A DNA stretch of 64,000 nucleotides from Hyaloraphidium curvatum SAG 235-1. Lineage: Eukaryota; Fungi; Monoblepharomycota. Shown piece after piece: positions 12,188 through 23,681 of the stretch. The translations under genes and the position numbers were made by a program. Numbering within the stretch: the stretch's first letter is position 1; every line of letters starts with the position of its first letter. Under the pieces are notes generated by a model. It ran no database searches, was not told the DNA's origin, and was given only the letters and a program-made list of their open reading frames with translations. The stretch spans positions 186,001-250,000 of the forward strand of contig JAIVFI010000015.1 in the NCBI GenBank assembly GCA_025558095.1, written 5' to 3'.

Positions 12188-13590
12188 TCACAACTTTGCG
12201 GGAGCCTTGACGTCGGCACCGATGGCCCGGCGAATATCGTCACGCCCAAAAAAGTGACGCAGGTCCCCAGCGAGAGTCTCGGGTTCCTCCATTGCGGCAA
12301 AGTGACCTCCCTGGGCGCGTACGAGCAAAAGGATGAGCAAAAGCCGTCATCGAGTCCGAAAACGAAGAGCCTACCTTCGGGTGTTCAGCCCAGAACCGGA
12401 TGTCGTACCACGGCGCGCACCAGCGCCTTGGCGTCTTCCCCTGCTCCTTCTCAAACATCGATACGCCCGTCGGGACGACAATCTTCCGGAAGAACACCTT
12501 CCTCAGGTCCCCGGTCTTTTGTGCTTCGCGGTAGAGCCTCGCTGCCGATCCCGCCGACCGAGTGAGGTAGTAGATGTGAATGTTCGTCATGACTCTGATT
12601 GTGAAGGCATCCTTGCCCGGATCGACAGGCCCGTCGGGAATTCTGCCGTCCGACCACGCCCGGAACTTCTCCAGAATCCATGCCAGTAGTCCGGTCGGCG
12701 AATCCGTCAGAGCGTATGCCACGGTCTGCGGCCTGGTCCTCTGAAGGAGATGGTAACCGGATTCTTCGACTCCCCATTTCATCGTCCTCTCCCGGTGCCG
12801 CAACTCCGACGGCGTGAGTGCCCAGGAAAGGGGAAGGTAGCCTTGCGCAGCAAGATAAGCAACGGGAGCCCCGAAGAGGGTGGGTTCCGGGGCCGAGATC
12901 ATGTTCAGGTGGATTGCGCGGCAACGGTGGGGGAACTCGGCGGCCAAGCAGCGCGTGATAAAGCCACCCCAGTCGCCACCTTGCGAAGCGTAGCAATTGT
13001 AGCCTAGGGCACCCATGAGCTCGTCGCAGGCCCGTGCGATCGCGATTGGTCCGTAGCCCAGCTTCTTCGGTGCCTCCGAGAAGCCGTATCCAGGAAGCGA
13101 GGGAACGACCACATGGAACGCCTGGTGTCTGGAATCCGTCGGCTCCGCCAGCAGCGGCACGATGTTCAGGAACTCGACAAAAGAGCCCGGCCACCCGTGG
13201 AGCAGCATGAGAGGCAGCGCGTCGGGCCGGGAAGACGGGAGATGAATGAAGTGGAGGTCCGTTCCACCGTTCGCGTCCGAAAGCTTGTACAGGTAGTGTG
13301 GGAGACTGTTGATCTTGGCCCGTTCCCCTTGCCAGTCGTACTGCGGGTGACAGCCGACGCCGGGTGACCGTCAGGGCAGCAAGACAGCAACAAACGACCA
13401 GAGAGCATACCTCCTCTTTCCAGAACTTTACCCAGCGCAGCACCACGTCGCGCGGGACGCCGTAGTTCCAGCCCGACCCGGGAACTTCGGGGGCGACGTC
13501 GGCGAATGCCAGGCGGTGTTTCAGCTCCGAGACGCGGTCGGCAAAGTCGGGAACCGTCCAAGCACGGGGATTTGTTTGCGATGAGGCCAT
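12188..13590 (-). CDS. Microsomal-type epoxide hydrolase (EHN + alpha/beta hydrolase), C-terminal PTS1 (AKL)
   Basis: HGWPGSF, VPSLPGYGFS, QGGDWG nucleophile motif, DSPTGLLAWILEKF. Last exon reads GGHFAAMEEP...VKAPAKL* (stop 12188-12190). Two short introns. Confidence 0.9.
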
Positions 13591-13831
13591 CGCGAGTGTG
13601 CAACCTGGGCAGTCGCGGGGAATCGGAAAGCAGTCGGGCCGACTCTTCGACTGGCCGCTGCACGGGCTCATCCGAGGCAAGAGACAAAAGTGCGAGACGC
13701 CACTGCAGTTTCAAATTCACAGATTTCAACCATGATATCAAGACACAACAGCCATGTGATCCATTACCGATGATGAAAGCGCTGATTCGTTACCGATGAA
13801 AGCGCCTCAGCGTTCCGGGGAGCCTCCTCAG

Positions 13832-14783
13832 TCATTGAACGGGGATCATGAGTTCGTTCCTTCGGAACCACGGGATCGTCCTTCATAGAAAGTCAGCAAA
13901 TTGTTGCCAACGTCAGCGCGCACGACTCACCAGGGCGGGTTGTAGCCTGCAGTGGTCGCTCCGGTTTCCGCGAGCTTGTATTTGCCGTCCTTGGCGACTA
14001 GCGACCGCAGCTCCTTCTCCATGCTGACCGACAGGGCCACGGTAAGAGAGCCAGAGCGGCGGAGGACCGCCACTGTGTGCTCGGGGATCTCGGTCAGCTT
14101 GACCCGGGAATCAAGCGGCGTTGGCAGCTGCGAGAGGGAAGTGTACCTAAAGCGAAGTAGTGCGTTGGCCTCATGAGAAGAGAAAACCACGGAGAAGAAC
14201 GACAAACGGCTCACTTGGAAGGCATCACGAAGCTCATCGTCATTTCGACTTCCTCGGGCTCTCCGGAACCGCCATCCTCAGGCACCATCCCTTGCATTAG
14301 AACCGGCGCCGTCATAGCGATCCTTTCAGATTTTGGTTCGGTGAGCACAGGAGCCGTCTTTTGGCTCTGTTCCATCAATACTGGGGCGGTCTGCAAGTGG
14401 CGAATCAGTTCATGTCCCGATCCGCACAGGAAGACACAAACCATTGCAATCTCCTCCTTTGCACCCGAGCTCGCGCGGTTGGATCCGAAGATGTACCTCG
14501 CGATCGTCATGAAGCCGCCATCTCTCCCACGTCGGGACCCCCGGGGTACCATGAATGTCGTGGTCGCCCGGATCTGCGGGGCATAGCGCCGGATCTCGAA
14601 GTATTCGGAGGACGAGGGGTCCACGCCGGGCGGAGAGTAGACCAGCTGGAACTTCGGCTGCTCGACCCTCTCGGCGCCGAAAATCTCCATTCTGAAGAGC
14701 ACAAGGAATGCCCCTGCGACGGCGAGAGACGAGAGTGGCCGGCTCTTGACGAAATCGACGACCGCGGAGAGCACGGAGCTCAT
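13832..14783 (-). CDS. SOUL heme-binding protein with N-terminal hydrophobic segment
   Basis: FEIRRY, GFMTIARYIFG, repeated IAMTAPV, MSFVMPSK/Y, GYNPPW/TIPWFRRNELMIPVQ*. Three introns. Confidence 0.9.
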
Positions 14784-14935
14784 GAGAATGATATGGAGCC
14801 GGGCGATTGGAGGCCGACGCGAGGACACGGAATGTCGGAAGGAGTTTTCGCGCGATCGGAGGCGATCGAGACCCTTCTCAGTGAGGACCTTCGAATCTCG
14901 ACGTGCAAGATCGTACTATTTGGCATACACAACAT

Positions 14936-15985
14936 TCACTGCACGTAGATGACGGACGTGACCAGATCGCCGACCCCCGAGAGCCACATGCGCTTTCCTT
15001 CGTCGTACTCGAACCAGTCCTGTACCAGGGCCGCCTTCTGCCTCCGTTTGCGCTTCTTCTCGCTGCGCTTCATCGAGTTGATGATCGCCCACTCGCTCAT
15101 GTCCTCTAGCCCTCCCTCAGTGCCCTTGAATCCGACGAGCTCTCGGAAGCGGCGCGTGATGTCCCTCTTCTCCATTTCGCGGAAGAGCTCCGGCGAGGGC
15201 GGCGCCTTCGGGTTAAACTCCAGGAGCTCGGTCCGCAGAGAAAAGTGCACCGGAAGGCGGGAACCCTGCATGATGTCCTCGATCTTGTAGTGCGAGGGCT
15301 GCTTTCCGAGCATCTGCGTCTGCCGCGCCACCTGGTGCAGATCCAAGCCGGTAGCATCCGCAGGGCGCACAGGGCGATACAAAGTGACCGTCGGCAGCAA
15401 GATGCGCTCCATGTTGGGATCCTCCGCAGGGGCAGGGGGCTCGGTCTTTCGCGAGGGAGCCGGCCTTGGATACCGGGCAGGGGAGTCGTTGGGCGCGACG
15501 GCACCCCCGGATCGACTCCGAACGCGAGCCATCGTGTCCCTGTAGCGCATCACCAGCTCAATGTCCTGGTCGTCATCGCTCCCGCTGTCGGGCCGTACGT
15601 TCGATTGATGAAACTCCGCCGCCTCCCCGTGGTCCGTGCGAACCGAAGCGACCGCGGTCGTCATGCTGCCAGTGCCACCCGACTGCTGGCGTTGCTTCCT
15701 AACGATCAGGTCCGGAAACATGGTCTCCGCCGAGGACTGTTTGGAGGTAGCTGGAGAAAGAGGCACAGCCATGCGAGAGGCGGCCGACCGAGGAGGAGGG
15801 TCCGCCACCAAAGAGTCGGGAGGGCTCTCCACGACAGCTTGGTTCCCAGACTTTGTGCGCCCTAAAGACCGATGCGCTCGCGATGCGAGTCCGGCCTTCC
15901 CTTCTCCATGGGCGTCCTTGCCAAGAGAGCGGGAACCATCGCCGCGGACGAGCGACAGGAAGCTCTGCTTCGCGGCAGTGAACAT
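14936..15985 (-). CDS. Hypothetical protein (349 aa, disordered N-terminus)
   Basis: Single ATG-initiated ORF with coding-like composition; no family recognised. Confidence 0.6.
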   Translation of the reverse strand: MFTAAKQSFLSLVRGDGSRSLGKDAHGEGKAGLASRAHRSLGRTKSGNQAVVESPPDSLVADPPPRSAASRMAVPLSPATSKQSSAETMFPDLIVRKQRQQSGGTGSMTTAVASVRTDHGEAAEFHQSNVRPDSGSDDDQDIELVMRYRDTMARVRSRSGGAVAPNDSPARYPRPAPSRKTEPPAPAEDPNMERILLPTVTLYRPVRPADATGLDLHQVARQTQMLGKQPSHYKIEDIMQGSRLPVHFSLRTELLEFNPKAPPSPELFREMEKRDITRRFRELVGFKGTEGGLEDMSEWAIINSMKRSEKKRKRRQKAALVQDWFEYDEGKRMWLSGVGDLVTSVIYVQ

Positions 15986-16192
15986 ATCGCCAACTCGAGC
16001 GCAGCTTTATCCCCGAGCAGAGGACGTAGACGACTTCCGAAGGCTGCTAGAGAACCTCCTGGGTGTGAGTCCGGGGGCAGAACTCCGCGGATCTGAGCGC
16101 AGGCGCGGCGGCGACGCCGCGCGACGCGCTCTCGCCACAACAATCGACTGTCTCCCATCGAGAGCACCGCGAACGCGTCGCTAGCGGCAACG

Positions 16193-17501
16193 ATGGCGCC
16201 GAGCAACTCTCCTTCGACGACGCAGTACCCGGCCCCGCGCATCCGACTGCGGCAGATTGCCCTGGTGGCGCCATCTCTGCCGCTCGCCGCGGCCCAGCTC
16301 GAAGCGCTTCTTGGCAGCAAATCCGTCCGCTCCGACCCGGGCGTCAACAAGTTCGGACTGGACAACATCCTCGTGCCGGTCGGAGGCAACATCGTCGAGG
16401 TTGTGGCTCCGCAGGCCGGCAAGAAGGACAACGAAACCGCCGGAGGTCGCTTCATGCTGCGCTTGCGAGCCCCCAAGGGCGCTGGGTGAGCTGGACCGCT
16501 TCCTCTTTCTCTATTTGCCCACTGACTTCTTCGCCAGGTACATGGTGAGCTGGATCGCTTCGTCTTTCTCCCTTTGCCCGCTGAGGCTCGTCCTCAGGTG
16601 ATCACGCAGACCCCGGATCCCATCGCGGAAAGGGCACGCGTCACGTCCTTGACTGTGCCGACGAACATGCTGGCATCTGGCACCCACAAAGCTCTCGTGG
16701 ACAAGAAGGCTCAAAAGATCCGCCTTGTCGCTCAGATGGACCGCCCCGACTGGTGGGTTCCGACACGGCCAATCGCCGCGCAGACATTGATCACTCGGTC
16801 GAGCAGGGCCTACAGCCAGCTGCACCCGCTCGACACTCGGGGCGGCAACATCCTGGAGATGGAAGGAACGAAGCCGGGATCGATTGGGTATCTGACCGAC
16901 GAGATGGCACCGTGGTTCCCCGTTTCGCTCGAGAATCCCGACACCGGCAAGTACGAACCCACTTGGTGGGTACCGCTTGCATCCAAGATGGCCCAGGGGA
17001 AGCGGTTCGTCGGCGTTACGATCTCGGTGTCGCCGAAGGACGATCCTGCCGGCGCGCAGGCGGTCGCGGAGTGGTGGTCCACAATCACGGATCTGCCCGT
17101 CGAGAAGCGCGGCAACGCATGGACGATCATGCTTTCGTCGGGCGTGGAACTGCGGTTTGTGGAGAACTCTGTGCTTTTCAAGGGGGCAGAGGACAAGATC
17201 GAGCACCTGAAGGACAACACTGCCATTGCCGTCATCGACATCGGCTGCGTCGCGGGGTGAGCTGGTTGCCGAGCCAATCACCGGCATAATCTTGACACTG
17301 CCTTTTAGGACCGCCTCGGCGTCGGCCAGCCACTCGTCGGCATTGCATGCGCTGGAAACTACGGACAAAAGCACGTGGACCTCGGTCCCTGCTCTCGAAG
17401 GCGTACCGGCCATTCAGGCCCTCGGCACCTGGTGGCGCTTCGTCGATCTTCCGCAGGGGAGCACTCGGGGCCTGGCCACGAGCCAAAGCAGCAAGTTGTG
17501 A
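16193..17501 (+). CDS. VOC/glyoxalase-like protein of bacterial type, C-terminal PTS1 (SKL)
   Basis: IRLRQIALVA...DPGVNKFGLDNILVPVGGNIVEVVAP...TAGGRF...G/GYM/VITQ...QLHPLDTRGG. Introns 16486-16537, 16545-16597 and one starting near 17257. Ends QSSKL*. Confidence 0.8.
16486..16597 (+). repeat. Tandem pair of near-identical introns around a 7-nt exon
   Basis: 16486-16537 gtgagctggaccgcttcctctttctctatttgcccactgac... versus 16545-16597 gtgagctggatcgcttcgtctttctccctttgcccgctgag...; 35 of the first 40 nt are identical. Confidence 0.85.
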
Positions 17502-17579
17502 GCCGTTGGAACCATCTTTTGTCTTTGGGAGAAAAGAAGCCTTCATGTCCTCCAGTGACCTCTACACACTCCCACTCCC

Positions 17580-19442
17580 CTACAACTTGGCCCCCATCTT
17601 CTTCGTCGCCATGTCCCGCAACACAACCTTCTGAACTTTCAATCCATTAGGTCCGTTTGTAGCGGGGAACTCGTCCACCACGAACACACGCGCCGGGATC
17701 TTGTAGTTGGCCAGCAAAGGTTTGGCGTGGGCAAGCACAGCAGTCTCCATGGCCTTGTCCGCCGCGCCGGAGCTGATCGAGGCGGTTTCCTTCCTGAACT
17801 CGTCGCTCGGGATAACAAATGCCACAGCATCCTCTCCCTTTCCCCCGCCCAAGTTGACGCCAACGACCTGCACTTCGGCCACAAAGCGATGCTTGACCAC
17901 CACGGCTTCAATCTCGGTCGGGTCCACCAGAAAGCCGCGCAAACGGAGAGTGTCTCCCATGCGAGCCAGGTATATGAAAGAGTCGGTGGCGTTGCCCTGG
18001 GCAAAGTTCGCAGCAGACGGCGACGAAGAATAGCCAGATCCGGGCAACGCCGGCACGAGATAGCCGAGATCCCCGGTGCGGAACCACCTCACCCCGCCGT
18101 CATCGCGCAGGTTCTTCTTCATGGCCGCTTCGTTGCGAAGGTACTCCTTCAACAAAGAGTAGCCCGAAAACTCCAGTTCGCCCTTGTGGTCAGGGCCAAG
18201 CCCGACGATCGGGCTGCCATCGCTGTCGACGACGCGCACCTTTATGCCCGGGTTCAGCCGCCCTCCGCCAAGCGCGCGCAGCTCGATCGGGTCGGCCGAC
18301 GGATCCCACGCCGACATCAACGCAAGGAGCTCGGACGAGCCGTAAAGGCCGCTCAAGTGCAAGCCCGGCAGCAGCTTGGAGAGTTCCAGGATCTCGTTGC
18401 CGAGCGAAGAGGTGAAGTTGGCGTAGCCAATGAAGCGCAAGCTCGGGAAGGTGTACGAAGTCTTGGAACCCGGCGCCTTCGAATGGAGCTCCAGAACCGT
18501 GTGGACGATGTTGTCCGGCGCCAGGAGATGGGTCACTTTCTCCGACTCCACGAGAGCTGCGCACGCTTGCGGTTGGAAGAGATTCACGAGCACGAGGGTC
18601 GAGCCCGAAAGCAAGACCATCATGGACTGGGCCAAGCCGAAAACTCCGCACAGGGGAACGGCGAGCAGAAGCCGGCTGGGGAACTGTCCAGTTGGCGAAA
18701 CGTGCCACTGCTGCGCCGTGTTCTTGGCATGGGTCACGAGCGTCCGCTGCGCATGAGAGGCAAGTTTCGGCAGTCCCGTGGTTCCCGAGCTGGACAAGAG
18801 GCATTAGTACGGAACGGAAAGCGTGCCTGAATCCCTAACGTACGTGGTGAAAGTGGCCGAAAGAGCGTCAGCAGTGCCTTGGGAAAGGAGAGGATCGCGA
18901 CGCAAGGAATCCGCGGCCGCCAGATCTTCAGGTGACGGCGCAGCGTACTTGACGATCGTCAACGAAGGCGAGCTGGACGCAACGGGAGACCCTCCAACGT
19001 CCACGACCACCATCTTGTCCACACCTGCTTCAGCTCGTGCCTTGGCAACGATGCCCAAATAATCGGTCCCGACGAAGCCCTGCTCGAGGACGGCCACTTT
19101 GGCCCCGCTCGTCCGGACGAAATGGGCCAGCTCGCTTTCCTTGAAGCGCGTGTTCAAGGCAATGGCGATTGCGCCGATCCTCGCCGTAGCGAAGAAGAAT
19201 GCGAGCCATTCAGGGGACGTCGGGAGATACAGGAGCACGGCGTCCCCTTTCTTCACGCCGCATCGCGTGACGAGGAAGCGCGCCGCAAGGAGCGAGTGCC
19301 GCGCGAGATCCCGGAAGGAAAGTGACTGTTTCGGTCCGGCGGTGGGAGACGCCGTGTCTTGGAACAGCACGGCTTGGCGGGTGCCGTGTTCCGAATCCGC
19401 AATGGCGTCAAGAGCAACGTAGACCGTGTTCGGGTCGCTCAT
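17580..19442 (-). CDS. AMP-forming acyl-CoA synthetase/ligase, C-terminal PTS1 (AKL)
   Basis: P-loop TFTT/SGTTGLPK across an intron near 18791-18843, YGSSE, FRTGDLG, RMGDTLRLRGFLVDPTEIE, NGLKVQK. Ends MGAKL*. Confidence 0.92.
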
Positions 19443-19726
19443 TGTGTCGGGCACGAGTGGTCGAGCGGGCGAGGTTGGGGTCTGCTTTGGCAGGGCGGTC
19501 GGCGGCGGAAGGTGGCAAAACCGTTCCTCTCCACGCACTTTGCAGCAAGCTCGATCGAACAAGGCGCGCCTGGAGTGGGTGCAATGAATGAGAATCTAGA
19601 GCACATTCAACGTCCGGACGGACAAGAGCACCGGTTTTGGGTCTACTGGCGTTCATTAGAACACGTGCCGCGCTTCGAGCTATCTACCCCATGTCGCTAG
19701 TGGTTCCCGGGAGCGAAAAGTTGGCT

Positions 19727-20338
19727 TCACATCTCAAACATCTCCGTCGGGAACGACGGGTCCAGAGAATCCATGACGGGCGCCCGGATGGCCCACACGC
19801 GGCGCGGCCTGCGTTCCGTTGTGCTGTCCACAAGCGCGTACGCCTTCGAAGCCTTCTCCTTGGCGACCTTCCTCTTCCTGCGCTTCCTGGTCAGCGGTAG
19901 GGGCGGCGCGGTGGAGTCTTGGCCTGCCGTCGAGTTGAGCGACGTCGAAGAGTCCTCGCAACCGTCTCCAAAGTCCTCGGCGAACCACGCGGCATGCTGC
20001 CAGGAATCGCAGGGGTCGGTCCCAGGCTGCTGCTCGGCATCGTCGAATCGCTCTTCTTCGCGCGGCGTCGACGGCTCGGGGGAATGCAGTTCCTCGTAGC
20101 GGCTCAGCTGAAAAGCCGTCCCCGTTTCGGCAGGCTCCACCTCGTCCTCGAACACCAGAGGCTCCTCCCGCATGCCAAAGAGCAGCAGCGACGTTTCGTG
20201 GCGGACGCACGCGTGGAACGAGGCGAGGCGGGCGGCGGAAGGGGACGCGGAACGAGCGCGCTTCCGCGACGCGCCGCAGTCGGCGGGCTGTTTCTCGGCC
20301 GGCGATGCCTCCGGCGCGGCCGAAGACGCGACAGCCAT
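19727..20338 (-). CDS. Hypothetical protein (203 aa) with basic NLS-like RKRRKRK
   Basis: ATG-initiated ORF filling the gap between two confident genes; acidic middle and basic C-terminal cluster. Confidence 0.45.
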   Translation of the reverse strand: MAVASSAAPEASPAEKQPADCGASRKRARSASPSAARLASFHACVRHETSLLLFGMREEPLVFEDEVEPAETGTAFQLSRYEELHSPEPSTPREEERFDDAEQQPGTDPCDSWQHAAWFAEDFGDGCEDSSTSLNSTAGQDSTAPPLPLTRKRRKRKVAKEKASKAYALVDSTTERRPRRVWAIRAPVMDSLDPSFPTEMFEM

Positions 20339-20476
20339 CTTGATGAGAGCGCTGTTGCTGGGCCTGCACTACGTGCCCCGGTCCTGGGCCTCGTGTTTTG
20401 GCGACGGTTGGTCGAGTTGATTTGGGACGCGAGCCCCGGCCGAGTCGTCGTATCTGCAACTTATACTTTTACTCCA

Positions 20477-22110
20477 TTAGAAGGCAAGGTCGCCCATCTT
20501 CTCCCTCGAGTTGCCCGCCCAGGCGCTCCCGTCCCCGCCGAACGAGATCGCCTTCTCGAAGATCCCAGTCGGGATCCAAACGGTCACGCACGCGTTGGGG
20601 ATATCCACGACGCACGAGATCCTGGAGCTGATGGGCCCGGCCGAGAGGATTGCCGCGGCCTGGTATTTCGAGTAGAAATACGGCTCGCCAGTGAGGAAGG
20701 CAATCGCGGCGAGGAGCGCGTTGCGGAAGGCCAGGGTGACGTCTGCGTTGTGCTGCACCGCGTGCTTGTGGTGATGTGCCGCGGTGGGCGCCCGGGAGGT
20801 GGCGAGGTGGGGAACGTATTCCGTGCCGGGCGGCACGGAGAAGCCCGGCTCGGAGACCGAGTAGCCCGAAAAGCACAGGAAGGAGCCGGCCAGGGACGGC
20901 GGGCCGCCAATAAAGGCCGGATTGGGGATGAACATCGGTGCCTTGTACCTGGAGCAAGCCAACAGTCAGCTGTGAACAAACTTCGACCGACAAACAGCAC
21001 CTCAGCGTCTCCATCCCCTTCTTGATCAGCCGCGTGATCCTCCAGGCAAACTGGGCGCCGCACTCGACGGCCTCGCCGCAGATTTCACCTTCGCCCTCGC
21101 AAAAGTGGGGGTCGCCCAGGGAAAGGTTCGCCCCGGGGACGTGGACGGGCATGATGATCTTGGCGCCCGGCCCGAGCTCGCGGATGTCCATGTTCCCGCC
21201 GTTTTCCGGCCGCGGTGCTGGAGGTGAAGGGGTTCAGACGCCCAGATTGCCAAAGGTAGAAGCCACGGTACCCACGAATCGTCCTGAGGCCTTCCTTCCT
21301 CGCCTTGTCGGCATCCGAGCCCGCTGCACGACCAACCAGCGCGAGCTTGTCACTCGGCAAACACGCGACGAGGGGAACAGCCGCGTCCCCTCCCGTCTGC
21401 TCCCAGATGCCCCGTTCGCGTGCGTTGATCGTGTCCACGATCTCCTGGCTCGGCGCGGTCGCGACGACCCCGAGGTGGAACATCCGCGGCAGCCTGACGT
21501 GCGGGATCGCGGACGACGTCCCGTGCGTCCGCGAAGAGAGGTCCCAGATGGCTTTGGCGGCCTTGGGCAGGTGGTCCGCGAGGAAGCCCGTAATGGCACC
21601 GGGAACTCCTGTGTGAGGCACGGTCGTGGTGAACACTCAGGGTGCTCAACGCGCTACCTTACCTGTGTACCCCCACTCGTTTCCGGAGAGCACGTCCATC
21701 TCCACCACCTCGACCTCGATCAGGTCCCCCGGCTCGGCACCTTGCACCTCGTACGGCCCCGACACGACGTGGGTCAGCTCCCCCTGGTACTTTGCCATGT
21801 CCGCCGCGCTCCCCGCGTCGGACTTCATCTGCCCCCCCGTCGCGTCCCAACATTCCGCGCGCACGAGCTCGCCGACCGCCACGGACGCGACCGGCGGGAT
21901 CAGCGGGTGAAAGCGGTTGTGGTACGGCGTCGGCTGGCGCGGATCGAAGCACGGGATCGTGGGATCGAGGGAGGAGACGGTGCGGAGGTCTGGGGGGAGC
22001 AGGGGGGACGGTTTGCCGAGCTCGGCGGGGTTGAGCACGCCGTAGACGAAGTACGGATCGTCCAGCGGCAGGCCCGATGGCACGATGCCGGGGAATGCGG
22101 CCGATGACAT
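20477..22110 (-). CDS. Acetamidase/formamidase (FmdA/AmdA family)
   Basis: HNRFHPLIPP, SGPYEVQGAEPGD, RTI/PPRPENGGNMDI, LSLGDPHFCEGEGEICG, VVDIPNA. At least three introns. Confidence 0.9.
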
Positions 22111-22403
22111 CGTTATCTGGGAGATGCCGTTGCGCGGTAGTTGCGGGAGACGCGCGATCGGGCCAGAACACCGATCGCGCGCCCCACTCGCGACCCCGCC
22201 CCGAATCTCGGTCTTCCTCGAATGCTTCTGTTAAAGATGGACGCTGGATGGATGACGTTCTTGGTTCTCCTAAGAGCAGCGTGGCCCAGGCGACGGACCG
22301 GGCGCCCTTACAGTGAGTCAGGCCGGGGATCGCGCATGCACTTCTGCTTTCAACGAGTGATATTGGATATGATGGTAATCGCACACTATCCATTTTTAAC
22401 GCC

Positions 22404-23413
22404 CTAAACGGCTTCGGTCGCCTCCGCCGGGCGAGCCGACCTCGTGCGGACCGGCCTCGCCGTCGCGCTGGCAACCTTGTCGGCGATCTCCGCGCAACGG
22501 CCCGAGATCTCGGTCTTGACCTCGGCCCAGCTCGAGGCGCCGCCGAAAGCGCGGCCAAAGAAGGTCTGCGAGGGGTTGGCGGCCTCGAGGGGGGCGATCG
22601 CGGTCAGGGCGGCTGCCGAGCACTGTGGGGAGAAAGGGTCGTAAGCGCCTCGAACGCAAGATGGAGTCGACGAGCAACGCACCTCCTCGCAGACGGTCGC
22701 GTTGAACGCGGGCGGCTGGCCCTGTCCGTCGCCGCCGGGACCGCGCCCGCCGGGCCCGCCGCGGTGCCTCCTGAACATCCTCGGCCCGCGCCCGCCGCGC
22801 CCACCGGGTCCACCGCGGCCGCCCTGGGGGCAGTAAGCCCCGGAGAGGTCCTTGGTGCATCCGAAGACGAGCTCGAGGTGGGCCTCGTCGGCGAGCTCCG
22901 AGGCGGTGAGGTTGAAGGCGGGCTGGGTGTCGTTGCGGGGGGTCACGGTGACGAGGGGCTGCAAAAGACGACCAGTCAGGTAGATGCTAAGACCGTGCAT
23001 GCACGGGAACGCACCTCAGTGCCGCAGGCGGCCTCGACGGCGGTCCAGTACGAGTCCACGGCGGACGAGCAGGCGTCGGAGCACGCGGCGTCCCTGCCCA
23101 GCGTCGAGTTGCGGTCCTCAGTGCCGTTGGTGCTCGCAGGCTTGCATGCGGCGTCGACGGCCGAGGTCGAGTTGGCCGCCGCGACGCAGCCGGCCGAGAC
23201 GGTGGAGAGGAACCGCGGCACGGGGGCGGTGAAGGGCGACCCGCGCGGGCCGGGACCGTCGGGGCGGGTGCCGTTGAAGTCGGGCCGGGTGCCGTTGCCG
23301 CCGCCGGGCGGGCCGCGATGCCGCTCGTCCAGCTGCCGCGCGGAGAGCGGGGCGGCGGAGGCGATGGCGGCGGCGAGCGCCAGGAGAAGGATGAGGAGCG
23401 CGGTGCGGGCCAT
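22404..23413 (-). CDS. Secreted Cys-rich protein with Gly/Arg-rich loop, paralog A
   Basis: Signal peptide MARTALLILLLALAAAIASA, Cys pattern C..C..CSDAC..CG/..C..YC, many N-x-T sequons. Near-identical to 32213-33189, with two conserved intron positions. Confidence 0.85.
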
Positions 23414-23681
23414 TGCGGTTCAGGAGGCTGCTGCTGGCTTTTTCGGTGATTGAGGGACCGCCTGGACGGCATTTGCTCATATACCGGTTTTGCTTCGATG
23501 CTTGCTGGAAAGCTTGCTGGATCGGCCCGGCGGCGGGATCCTCACTGGCTCAGCAATTGGGACCCTTCTTTCAAAACACACCTCCCCAACTCTCGCTGCG
23601 CCACAAAAGCCCACCGTACGAGCAAAAAGGAACATCCTCGAACGTTCAAGATCGTTTTCCGGGACGGATTCGTAATTTTTC

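Noticed and set aside
14290-14450. Three TAPVL repeats in the SOUL protein as a novel repeat
   Set aside because: Repetition of the IAMTAPV segment is, as I recall, common in SOUL-family proteins.
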